DNA of 64,000 nucleotides, taken from positions 3,019 through 67,018 of the forward strand of contig WYBL01000116.1 in assembly GCA_011526565.1 (NCBI GenBank), given 5' to 3'. The notes under the pieces are model-generated. The model was not told where the DNA came from. It ran no database searches and saw only the letters and a program-made list of their open reading frames with translations. This DNA is from Acidobacteriota bacterium. Lineage in GTDB: Bacteria; Acidobacteriota; Vicinamibacteria; Fen-336. The translations under genes were made by a program, and so were the position numbers. This document shows, in pieces, positions 57,019 to 64,000 of the stretch (its first letter is position 1; the number at the start of each line of letters is the position of its first letter).

Positions 57019-57618
57019 TCACCCCTCCTGTTCGACGCCATCCTCACGTTGCAGCCCCGGCAGACGAACTCCGAAATAGGCCTCCACTTCGCCCTGCAGC
57101 GCACCCGAGAGAGCACCGCCCCATATCTTCTCGACTCGTCCATCGGCGCTGACCACGATGAGGGTCGGCGTGGCCGCGAGCCCGAACTCCTGCGCGGTCG
57201 GACGTTCGAGACCGACAACTTCGAACCCCAGCAGTGTTTCCTCTGCTGTCACCTTCTCGCGGGACGCGCTCAAGGAAAGCCCTTTGAACTGATATCGCCC
57301 CGTGCTAGCGGCGGCCAGGACGCGGATGTTCGCGAGATTGCGACGGCACCAGACGCACTCCTCGGACTGCACGTAGAGAACACTCGGCAGGGCGCCTCCC
57401 AGCGTGAGCGGTTGTCCCCGTCCGTGGCGATCGGTTACCGGGATCTCCGGAACTTGCCTGCCGACACTCAGGGCCTTGGGAGGTCGACCCCGGTCATCAG
57501 GTGGTTGCCTGAGCTTGAGGCCGAGACCCACATTCGCGGCAAGGGAGGCGCCCAAGGCGATGAGCAACAGCGCCACGGCCAGATTGCTGTCGAGAAGCCG
57601 ATCCATGCAGGCTCGCAT
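57019..57618 (-). CDS. TlpA/ResA-like membrane-anchored thiol-disulfide oxidoreductase (thioredoxin fold)
   Basis: The N-terminal TM anchor is LAVALLLIALGASLAANVGLGL. The CxxC motif sits in ...SEECVWCRRNLANI..., with a downstream TPTLIVV cis-Pro-like region typical of the redoxin family. Confidence 0.62.
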   Translation of the reverse strand: MRACMDRLLDSNLAVALLLIALGASLAANVGLGLKLRQPPDDRGRPPKALSVGRQVPEIPVTDRHGRGQPLTLGGALPSVLYVQSEECVWCRRNLANIRVLAAASTGRYQFKGLSLSASREKVTAEETLLGFEVVGLERPTAQEFGLAATPTLIVVSADGRVEKIWGGALSGALQGEVEAYFGVRLPGLQREDGVEQEG

Positions 57619-57690
57619 GGTGGCACCTCCTTTCCGGGGGCTGACGGGTGGCGTACTCCGGCCAGCTGGCGCTGGCCGGAGTACAGGTTG

Positions 57691-57957
57691 TCAGCAGAGC
57701 TCGCAGGATCCCCAGGTTCCGTCGCTCTTGCACTTCTGGCTCTTGCCGCTCGAGCAGACGCTCTGGACGCAGGAACCGGTGCTGTAGCAGACACCTGCGT
57801 ACTGGCAGTTGCAGCTACCGCCACTGCCCCCGCCATCCCCAGGATCCTGGTAGTACGGCCCATCGGCCAACACCGAAAACGCGCCGCCGGCACCGACGAT
57901 CATCAGCAGCGTCAGCGCCAGGACGAATCCCCTTCGCGCCCGTCGTGTCCTTCCCAT
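57691..57957 (-). CDS. Secreted Cys-rich mini-protein (88-aa precursor; about 57-aa mature region with 8 Cys)
   Basis: An SD GGGAG lies 7 nt upstream of the ATG. The Sec-type signal is MGRTRRARRGFVLALTLLMIVGAGGAFSVLA. The mature part is DGPYYQDPGDGGGSGGSCNCQYAGVCYSTGSCVQSVCSSGKSQKCKSDGTWGSCELC, with Cys spacing C-x-C-x5-C-x5-C-x4-C-x7-C-x8-C-x2-C. Confidence 0.5.
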   Translation of the reverse strand: MGRTRRARRGFVLALTLLMIVGAGGAFSVLADGPYYQDPGDGGGSGGSCNCQYAGVCYSTGSCVQSVCSSGKSQKCKSDGTWGSCELC

Positions 57958-58261
57958 CGTTCACTCCCTCTGGCGGGCTCACCCGCTGGGCCAAGTGTAT
58001 ACCAAGGGGCCGCTTTTCGACACCCTCTAGTCGATCATGAGCCGCGGCACTGACGGGTGCCCGCGAGTCACGCCGGGTAAGGGTCCGGCGGCGGAGTGAA
58101 TCCGCCGGCGGATTCTCTGGCGTCTGGGCGGGAGGACTTGGGCCCGCCCTCCCACCCGCTGACAGTCTCCACCCCCAAGCCCCCGGGCGCACGCCACGTG
58201 GTCCCTGCGCCGGCGGGGTGTTGTCCACGGGCACAACCACCCGGCTGACAGTGCGATCGCG

Positions 58262-58645
58262 TCAGGGGGCGGCGGAGGCTGGTTCAGCGCGCTGCCCCCC
58301 GCGCAGGCTGCCGAGCCGAGCGATGAGTACCTTGCATTTCAGGGCAGCGACTTGCCTGCGCCACTCGGGGCCCTGGTCCTGAAGCACGTTGAGGGCTCGC
58401 TCATAGCTCGCCTCGGCCTCTTGGAACGCGCCGCTATCGAAGTGAGTGTCCCCTTCCCGGGAGTACAGGCCGGCTGCACCTGCGAGCCCCGCCGATTCAC
58501 TGGACAAGTCCGTCTGCTGCGTGGGCATCACCCCGACCGGCAAGAGGAACATCAGCGGCAGCGCCACAACCGCAAGAAGGACCACTGCGGCACAACCGAC
58601 GGGAGTGATCCAACTTGTTCCGCGCCCCTCCGCAGACGTGGTCAC
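58262..58645 (-). CDS. Small membrane protein with a helical TPR-like C-terminal region; hypothetical
   Basis: The TM helix is AAVVLLAVVALPLMFLLPV. The C-terminus resembles one TPR unit (...GAFQEAEASYERALNVLQDQ...). Confidence 0.4.
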   Translation of the reverse strand: MTTSAEGRGTSWITPVGCAAVVLLAVVALPLMFLLPVGVMPTQQTDLSSESAGLAGAAGLYSREGDTHFDSGAFQEAEASYERALNVLQDQGPEWRRQVAALKCKVLIARLGSLRGGQRAEPASAAP

Positions 58646-58663
58646 TGGCTCTTGCGCTTTGCG

Positions 58664-59116
58664 TCACGCGCCGCAGGAGGTGGGGCTGGCCTGGAGTCGA
58701 TCGATCATCTCGATCGCCTTGAGCAGTTCTCTTTGGAGGACTTCGAGCGCCTTGGTGTTTTCGTCGTCCAGCTGCTTCTGCACGGTCCGGGCGTGGTCAA
58801 GGATCCTGTCGATTTCTGCAGACGCAGGTGCGTGGGCCTTCGCGAGTTCTTCGGCGGCGATCTGCTGGAACTTCGCGTCCGCGGCAAGCTGGCGGGCTAC
58901 TCCCTGCGCGATCGTCTCGCGGAGGCTGGAGAGTTGATACAGGATGCCCGCACCCCCACACAGCAGGCCCACGACCAGCCATGTCTTGAAGAACCGCACG
59001 ACACGCTCGCGGAGGTCCCACTCGACCTTCCGGATGGCGCGAAGCAGCAGTGCCGCTTCCTCCTCCGTCAGAGTGTCCGGCAAGGCCGGAGCCTTCGCTT
59101 TCTGGTCATCGCTCAT
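58664..59116 (-). CDS. Small membrane protein with a coiled-coil C-terminus; hypothetical
   Basis: The TM helix is WLVVGLLCGGAGILY, followed by a helical charged tail. Confidence 0.42.
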   Translation of the reverse strand: MSDDQKAKAPALPDTLTEEEAALLLRAIRKVEWDLRERVVRFFKTWLVVGLLCGGAGILYQLSSLRETIAQGVARQLAADAKFQQIAAEELAKAHAPASAEIDRILDHARTVQKQLDDENTKALEVLQRELLKAIEMIDRLQASPTSCGA

Positions 59117-59134
59117 GTAACACCCCGTTTCCGA

Positions 59135-60262
59135 TCAAGCAGGCAGGCAACAGACGAATCCGCTGACCAGCCACAGGCCCAGCAAGCCGAGGGCTGTCAG
59201 AAGGAGGCCCAGTGCTCCGTAGCGCAGGAGGCCCGCGCGAAGCAGGCGCGGCGGTGGACGCCAAGGGGGCTCGGGCAGGGCTCGCGCGGGGACTGCGGCT
59301 GAGACGTGATCGCCTGGGACGCTGAGGAACGGTCCCCACGTGTGCTCGAAGACGTCCGGCATTCGAGCCTCGTCGAAGAAGTCGCTGTGGCTGAAGTCCG
59401 CGTCGAAGGCGTGGTGGATGCGAGCCCTGTCATCGAAACCGCGGCAGCCGGACGGGCCCGATTCGGGGATGAAGTAGACGGCGACGCTCGCCCACACGTC
59501 CCGGCCCGCCGCGTGACACAACACCGCTTCCACGCGGCCGGCTTCGATCAGCGGTGCCCAGCCGAAGTCCGGGCGGACGATGCTCCCCGCCAGGATCACC
59601 CGGCCCACTTCGATCGACGAGTCGGCCAGCAGAGCCTGGGCGAGCAGCCATGTGCCGAAGCTGTGGGCGATCACGTCCGGACGGCCACCAAACCCCGCCC
59701 CCAGGGCGCGCGCCTGGATCACGCGAAACCGCTGAACCAGATGTCGCACGAGCTGTCGCTGGCGGAATCTCACCAGCACCCCTGGCCTCACGACGCCGTA
59801 CTTGTAGACGAAGACCGGGACGGAGTGGCCGTAGGTCGTGGCGAGGTGCCAGGCGAGAGACTCCTGCCACGATCCGGTCGTGTTCATGCCATGGAGCGTG
59901 AGGACCCAGGGGACGTCGCGGGTCGGGGGCTCGTGGCGCTCGAAAAAGGTCTCGGGCCGGGGCTCGTCCCCCGGCGCGAAGACCCGCTCACATTCGGAGC
60001 ATGCGGGCGTCGAAGGCTCGTCCAGCTCGAGGCGCCGTTCGCACGGGCAGACGAATCCCGCGCGCGCCTGGAGAAGACCCGCGGCCGCAAGATCCGCGAG
60101 CAGCGCCGCGGCCTCAGTGAGCGGCGCGTTCGTCCGAGTTGCGAGGCTCTCCGCTGTGAGCGACAGCGGACCACCCGCCAGGAACGCCCCGCGGCACGAC
60201 TCGACCAGTCGCCCGGAATACCGCCCCGCAATGACAGGCCAGGGGTCCGTCACGCCGCTTCG
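59135..60262 (-). CDS. Alpha/beta-hydrolase (DUF676/PGAP1-like serine esterase) with an N-terminal wHTH-like segment, a CxxC...CxxC zinc ribbon and a C-terminal TM anchor
   Basis: The zinc ribbon is GFVCPCERRLELDEPSTPACSECERVF. The hydrolase core carries the elbow DVIAHSFGTWLLAQALL and a later ...HHAFDADFSHSDFF... segment. The C-terminal hydrophobic tail is LLRYGALGLLLTALGLLGLWLVSGFVCCLPA. The GTG start overlaps the upstream gene. Confidence 0.55.
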   Translation of the reverse strand, partial: RSGVTDPWPVIAGRYSGRLVESCRGAFLAGGPLSLTAESLATRTNAPLTEAAALLADLAAAGLLQARAGFVCPCERRLELDEPSTPACSECERVFAPGDEPRPETFFERHEPPTRDVPWVLTLHGMNTTGSWQESLAWHLATTYGHSVPVFVYKYGVVRPGVLVRFRQRQLVRHLVQRFRVIQARALGAGFGGRPDVIAHSFGTWLLAQALLADSSIEVGRVILAGSIVRPDFGWAPLIEAGRVEAVLCHAAGRDVWASVAVYFIPESGPSGCRGFDDRARIHHAFDADFSHSDFFDEARMPDVFEHTWGPFLSVPGDHVSAAVPARALPEPPWRPPPRLLRAGLLRYGALGLLLTALGLLGLWLVSGFVCCLPA

Positions 60263-61302
60263 ACGACGCGGCTCAGCAAGTCCCACACCTCGCTGGAACG
60301 GAGCTGGGTGCGAATGTGGATGCGCCGCTCCAGGCTGAACAAGCCGAAGCGCACGGGCGTCAGGGGCGCCGCCCGCGGCCAGGTGAAGAGTCCCATTGTC
60401 GCGGTGAGCTTGTCTCGCCTCAGCGCTTTCCACGCCTGGCGGATGACTGTGGAGTCTGTGTAGGCGTGGTCCTTCTTGAGGCTCTCGAACGCGACAGACG
60501 CCAACCCGTCGTCCAGGCGCGCCTGTATCGGCTTGACGCTGACACCTCCCGCTCCCTCTGAGCCAGTCGCCTCGCTGGCCTGCGCCAGGCGCTTGACCGC
60601 ATCGGACAGCCCGATCGGCTCCAGCTTCCCGAGGTCGATCGCGGCCTTGACCGTCTCGGCGATGCGGGCCCGCGCCTCTTCGTGAGCGGCGCGGTTCCAG
60701 GGCACCTGCAGGAAGGCCGCGGCCAAACGTGGCTCTCGGTGCAACTCGAGCCTCATGAGCGTCCGGTCGCGGCGCTGGCGATACGCTTCGTAGCGGTAGA
60801 CCTCGCCGTCGTCCTCGGCTGCCGGAGCCTTGTCGCGCTCCTTCGTCCGCTCCCAGATCTCCAGACCCTTGTGCCAGACGAAGCGGATGGAATCCTCGGC
60901 CTGACGGATGCCGGTCAACTCCTGCTCGTCCGGGAAGGCGAGCGTGGAGGGGGCCCCGAGCAGGGATTCGAGCCCGGCGCGCGCAAGCCGCCGGCGCAAC
61001 TGGGGTTCCGAGGTGAATAGCGCGTCCGGCACCACGCTCGCCGGCAGCCACCAGAGGTAGATGTGCTGTTCGCCCCAGCCCTCGACGTGCGCCAGCCAGG
61101 ACTCGACATCCTCCAGCCGCAACTCGCCGTCGTCGACTGCTGCGGCGAGGTTGTGCGCGAAGTCCTCCTTCGTCCGTCCGATCGTCAGGCCCTTGTCGCG
61201 GAGCAGTTCCTTGATGAAGACGTTGCCTTGCGCCAGGACGATCCCCGAGACGAGTTCACGGAGCTGGGACTTCTCGCGCGGAGTCGGGCCCTTGCCCCCC
61301 AT
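60250..61302 (-). CDS. Hypothetical cytoplasmic protein (350 aa)
   Basis: Protein-like composition with mixed alpha and beta character; no family recognised. It is operon-coupled (4-nt gap upstream, 13-nt overlap downstream). Confidence 0.5.
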   Translation of the reverse strand: MGGKGPTPREKSQLRELVSGIVLAQGNVFIKELLRDKGLTIGRTKEDFAHNLAAAVDDGELRLEDVESWLAHVEGWGEQHIYLWWLPASVVPDALFTSEPQLRRRLARAGLESLLGAPSTLAFPDEQELTGIRQAEDSIRFVWHKGLEIWERTKERDKAPAAEDDGEVYRYEAYRQRRDRTLMRLELHREPRLAAAFLQVPWNRAAHEEARARIAETVKAAIDLGKLEPIGLSDAVKRLAQASEATGSEGAGGVSVKPIQARLDDGLASVAFESLKKDHAYTDSTVIRQAWKALRRDKLTATMGLFTWPRAAPLTPVRFGLFSLERRIHIRTQLRSSEVWDLLSRVVEAA

Positions 61303-61306
61303 GGCG

Positions 61307-62516
61307 TCACCCCTCCGGGTTCACCTCGCGGACCAGGACCTTGGGCTCTCCCAGCAGATCCAGGTCCAACGTGAGCCTCGGCTGGCCGCCCGCGCGCGCG
61401 CTCGGATACACGAGCCCCGGGATGCGTTCGTCGCCGCTGCCCGCCACTTCGACCAGGAAGCCGCCCTGACCGGGATACACGACGAGAGCGCCCGGGTCGG
61501 CGTCGTCGAGGGCGACCACGCGATAGCCGAAGCGACCGGGATCGGCGTAGAGCTGTCGGGTGGTGATCGGATGATCGTAGGGGGTTCTCGGCAGCCCCTT
61601 GCCGCCATCCGCCGCGGCGGCCACGTCCAAGAAGACGTTGGCCGCATCGAAGCTCTTGCCTGCAACCTCGACCAGCGGCTCGACCCGATAGACCCGCAGC
61701 CACTTCTGGCACGCCGGACATTCCTTCTTGTCGGCCTCCTTAAGCGCGACACACGGTTCGGTCGGCGGAGCAGTGCAGACGTAGTAGAAGGCCGGGGCCG
61801 ACTGTGCCTCGGCAGCCGGGCCGGCGACCAGCGCGCCCGCGGTCAGGGCCAAGATCGGAGCCCTCCCGCCGGCGGCTTTGGCGATGGCGTTGATGAAGAC
61901 CTCGAGGACGCTTTTCAGGTTCTGGTAGAAGGTGGTCACGAAGAGGCCCGCGAGGAGCGCGAGCACCTGCCCTGCGGTCGTCGCCGTCGTGCCAGCCAGG
62001 AAGGCGAGCCCAAAGACGAGCCCGTAGCAGATCACTCCCGCCAGGGCCGCCAGGAAAAACGAAGCGAGCAGGCTCGGGAACGCCTGCTTGCCATCGGGCT
62101 GCAGGGCGCTGAGCCAGACCGACGCGCACCAACCGATCAGGCCACTGAGACAGAAGGCCGCGACCCACAAGCGCGGGTGCGGTCGCGACATTAGGAGGGT
62201 CCGAGCTACGGGCCGCTTCAGTTCGGCCGCATAGAGCTCCGGGAAGATGTGCCGTTGAGCAGCGTCCTCCTGGGTCATCTCGACGGCGCCGAGTCGTGTC
62301 GTTTCGTCGGGCCTCGGCGCGTGTTTGTCCCAGACTCGGATCGCCCAGTCGACCTGGGCGTAGAGCCAGACTGCACCCACGAACACGGCCACGGAGGCGA
62401 GCAACGTCCGGACCAAACGGTCTCGCTGAGACTTCTGTCGTCGCAACGCCGCACCTCCCGCGGACAGGGCCGGCCCTGGAACGGTTCGGGTATCATATAT
62501 ACGCTTTGCGTACCGC
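61307..62516 (-). CDS. Membrane protein with a C-terminal extracytoplasmic Cys-containing domain; hypothetical
   Basis: Four or more TM helices (LLASVAVFVGAVWLYA; WVAAFCLSGLIGWCASVWLSAL; LLASFFLAALAGVICYGLVFGLAFL; VLALLAGLFVTTFY) precede a roughly 170-aa domain with CTAPPTEPC and CPACQKW. The start is uncertain: the ATG at 62516 lies in a locally AT-rich patch, and the ATG at 62278 is an alternative. Confidence 0.42.
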
Positions 62517-62526
62517 ATCGGCAACC

Positions 62527-62923
62527 GGTGGGTCCCGTGCCTGTACCGCTTCACGGACCGGAGCAGGCAGCCTCGGCGGCGGCCGGCAATGCGCTGGTGC
62601 TGGAAGCGTCCACGAAGTCTGCCGAGAAACTGGGGCGACACCTCAGCGCTTTTCACTTGAAGGTGAAGGCTCCTGACCGTGAGTTGCCCTTGGAGTCTGC
62701 CTTCCAGGGCAGCAAGGTGTTCGAACGCGGCGGCCCCTTCACGGATCTCTACGCCGCTGGGGCCGTGGATGCCAAGCGGGATCCTCGGCTGCGAGATTCG
62801 GGACGGGTCATTGCGTTCGATTTTGCGGGCCATCGCTTCCCGGTCGAGCCGCGCACCGCCTTCTACGACTGGCTCTACATCGACACGCGACGTCCACCTC
62901 CGCCCTGGTTCGGGGCCCTGTAG
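62527..62923 (+). CDS. Small hypothetical protein (about 130 aa) with low GC3 relative to its neighbours; start uncertain
   Basis: A protein-like sequence (...LESAFQGSKVFERGGPFTDLYAAGAVDAKRDPRLRDSGRVIAFDFAGHRFPVEPRTAFYDWLYIDTRRPP...) convergent with the AAA ATPase gene. No ATG is in frame, so the start is GTG/TTG with an unclear RBS; an alternative start lies near 62596. It could also be the C-terminal end of a longer gene. Confidence 0.3.
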
Positions 62924-62995
62924 GCCTCGGCGCGCGGGGGATCGGGGACGAGGATGTGGCGGTAGCGAGGGGGGCTCCTCGGCCGTTGCCCTGGG

Positions 62996-63982
62996 TCAGC
63001 CCTTGCGACCCAGCCGGGCAGCGGCGCGCTGCCGTTCCTGCAAGGTGGCCCGGATGTCGGCCTCGCGAAGAGGCAGGCGCTCCGCGATCAGCGCCTCCTT
63101 GAGAGCCTCGTCTCCCGCTCGAGTGACCTCGGCATGGCTCAGACCGCTCGCCAGCCGCGCGAGCTTGGTCCAGGGGGTGCCCTGGATCGCGAGAGGACCG
63201 AGCCGGGAGCGGAGCAACTCGGCGACCTGCTTCTGGCTCGGCAGCTCGTAGTGGAGCACGTCGTCGAAGCGCCGCAGCAGCGCAGGGTCCAGGATCTGCC
63301 CGTGGTTGGTGGCCGCGAGGATCAGGCTGTTCGAGTGATCCTGCTCGATCATCTTCAGGAAGCTGTTCAGCACGCGCCGGATCTCGCCGACGTCGTTCGT
63401 CAACCCACGCTGCGAGCCGATCGCGTCGAACTCGTCGAAGAAGTACACGCCTCGCGTCTGGCCCGTGGCGTCGAAGACCTGCCGCAGCTTGGCGGCGGTC
63501 TCGCCGAGCATTTTGGTGATCAGGCCGTCGAGCCGGATCTGGAAAAGCGGGAGACCAAGCTCGCCTGCCAGCACTGAGGCCGTCAGCGTCTTGCCCGTAC
63601 CCGGAGGGCCGACCAAGAGCAGCTTGCGGCGCGGCGTGAGGCCGTGTTCGAGAATGCGCCCGGCGTGACGCTGCTCGCGCAGCACCCGGGTGAGCTGCCC
63701 TTCCAGCTCGGGCGCCAGGACCATCTGGCCGAGGCGGCTCGCCGGATAGGACACCTCGAGGAGGTGCGCGAGGTCCCCGCGGGGTCGCGCGATCGGGACG
63801 GGAGATGCGGCCCCGCGCCGCCGCTTGGCGTCGTCGATGACGGCCCGCAGTTCTTCCGCGAGCTTCCCGTGCCCAAGCCGCGCCTCGTGAGCAGCAACCT
63901 GCATCGCCACGGAGAAGAACCGTTGGTCGTCCCGCTCGACGAACGAGTCGAGCAGTGCCTTGAGCTGGTCAGCGCTGGCCAT
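62996..63982 (-). CDS. AAA+ ATPase (classic AAA family, single ATPase domain with a roughly 100-aa N-terminal domain)
   Basis: Walker A LLLVGPPGTGKT, Walker B VYFFDEFDAIG, sensor-1/SRH LILAATNHGQILDPALLRRFD. The ATG at 63982 leaves its promoter and any upstream partner outside the window. Confidence 0.8.
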   Translation of the reverse strand: MASADQLKALLDSFVERDDQRFFSVAMQVAAHEARLGHGKLAEELRAVIDDAKRRRGAASPVPIARPRGDLAHLLEVSYPASRLGQMVLAPELEGQLTRVLREQRHAGRILEHGLTPRRKLLLVGPPGTGKTLTASVLAGELGLPLFQIRLDGLITKMLGETAAKLRQVFDATGQTRGVYFFDEFDAIGSQRGLTNDVGEIRRVLNSFLKMIEQDHSNSLILAATNHGQILDPALLRRFDDVLHYELPSQKQVAELLRSRLGPLAIQGTPWTKLARLASGLSHAEVTRAGDEALKEALIAERLPLREADIRATLQERQRAAARLGRKG

Positions 63983-64000
63983 GACTCGTTCCCCCCGGGC

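Noticed and set aside
57958-58261. 304-bp non-coding region upstream of the Cys-rich peptide gene, inspected for an ncRNA, riboswitch or small ORF
   Set aside because: I could not recognise any convincing conserved structure. The GGGCGGGAGG ... CCCGCCCTCCC pair is complementary without reversal, so it is not a hairpin. The only small ORF (20 aa) has no RBS. Most parsimoniously it is a promoter/leader region; it is kept inside the peptide-module finding.
59306-60463. 385-aa + ORF antisense to the Zn-ribbon hydrolase
   Set aside because: Antisense. The minus-strand frame carries the GxSxG elbow, the Zn-ribbon and protein-like composition.

Overview
This is a 64 kb chromosomal segment with very high GC (about 70-72%), in the style of Myxococcota, Gemmatimonadota or another high-GC soil bacterium. 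Because of the GC bias the six-frame track is full of long antisense and alternate-frame ORFs, so genes were called from protein-like composition, recognisable domain signatures, start/RBS context and operon-style overlaps rather than ORF length. The window is densely coding on both strands and I found no rRNA, tRNA, CRISPR array, IS or integrase. In order, it contains: (1) the edge of an aerobic benzoyl-CoA (box) cluster, with a 5'-truncated boxC-like lyase divergent from a BoxR/BzdR-type regulator; (2) two paralogous orphan histidine kinases; (3) a TonB-dependent receptor followed by phnD-phnC-phnE; (4) a minus-strand operon of periplasmic binding protein, TonB-dependent receptor, secreted amidohydrolase and GAF-PP2C phosphatase; (5) a roughly 20 kb stretch unusually rich in cyclic-nucleotide-binding (cNMP) domain proteins, including a TLC-transporter/HEAT/cNMP giant, a cNMP-patatin and three paralogous helical-module+cNMP units, interspersed with a SET-domain/PLP-decarboxylase pair, a YyaL-thioredoxin::aldo-keto-reductase fusion ORF carrying an 87-bp in-frame tandem repeat, FKBP, TerB, cupin, DinB, homoserine dehydrogenase and a hemerythrin-like gene; (6) a complete sufB-C-D-S-U-T operon with a trailing Rrf2 regulator; (7) an ECF sigma factor coupled to a multi-TM Ser/Thr kinase, divergent from an operon encoding a coiled-coil membrane protein, a caspase-fold (His-Gly...Cys) protease-like protein and a large secreted protein; (8) a long minus-strand accessory stretch (51.8-64 kb) with two PGAP1/LCAT-like alpha/beta hydrolases, an FtsX-type permease lacking an adjacent ATPase gene, a TlpA-like thiol-disulfide oxidoreductase next to a secreted 8-Cys mini-protein, several small membrane proteins, a locally lower-GC patch and an AAA+ ATPase at the window edge. 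The best candidates for an undescribed system are the ECF-sigma/STK plus caspase-like operon, the TlpA plus Cys-rich secreted peptide plus FtsX module, and the terminal AAA-ATPase/hydrolase/membrane-protein cluster. All three rest on in-silico domain recognition and gene context only.
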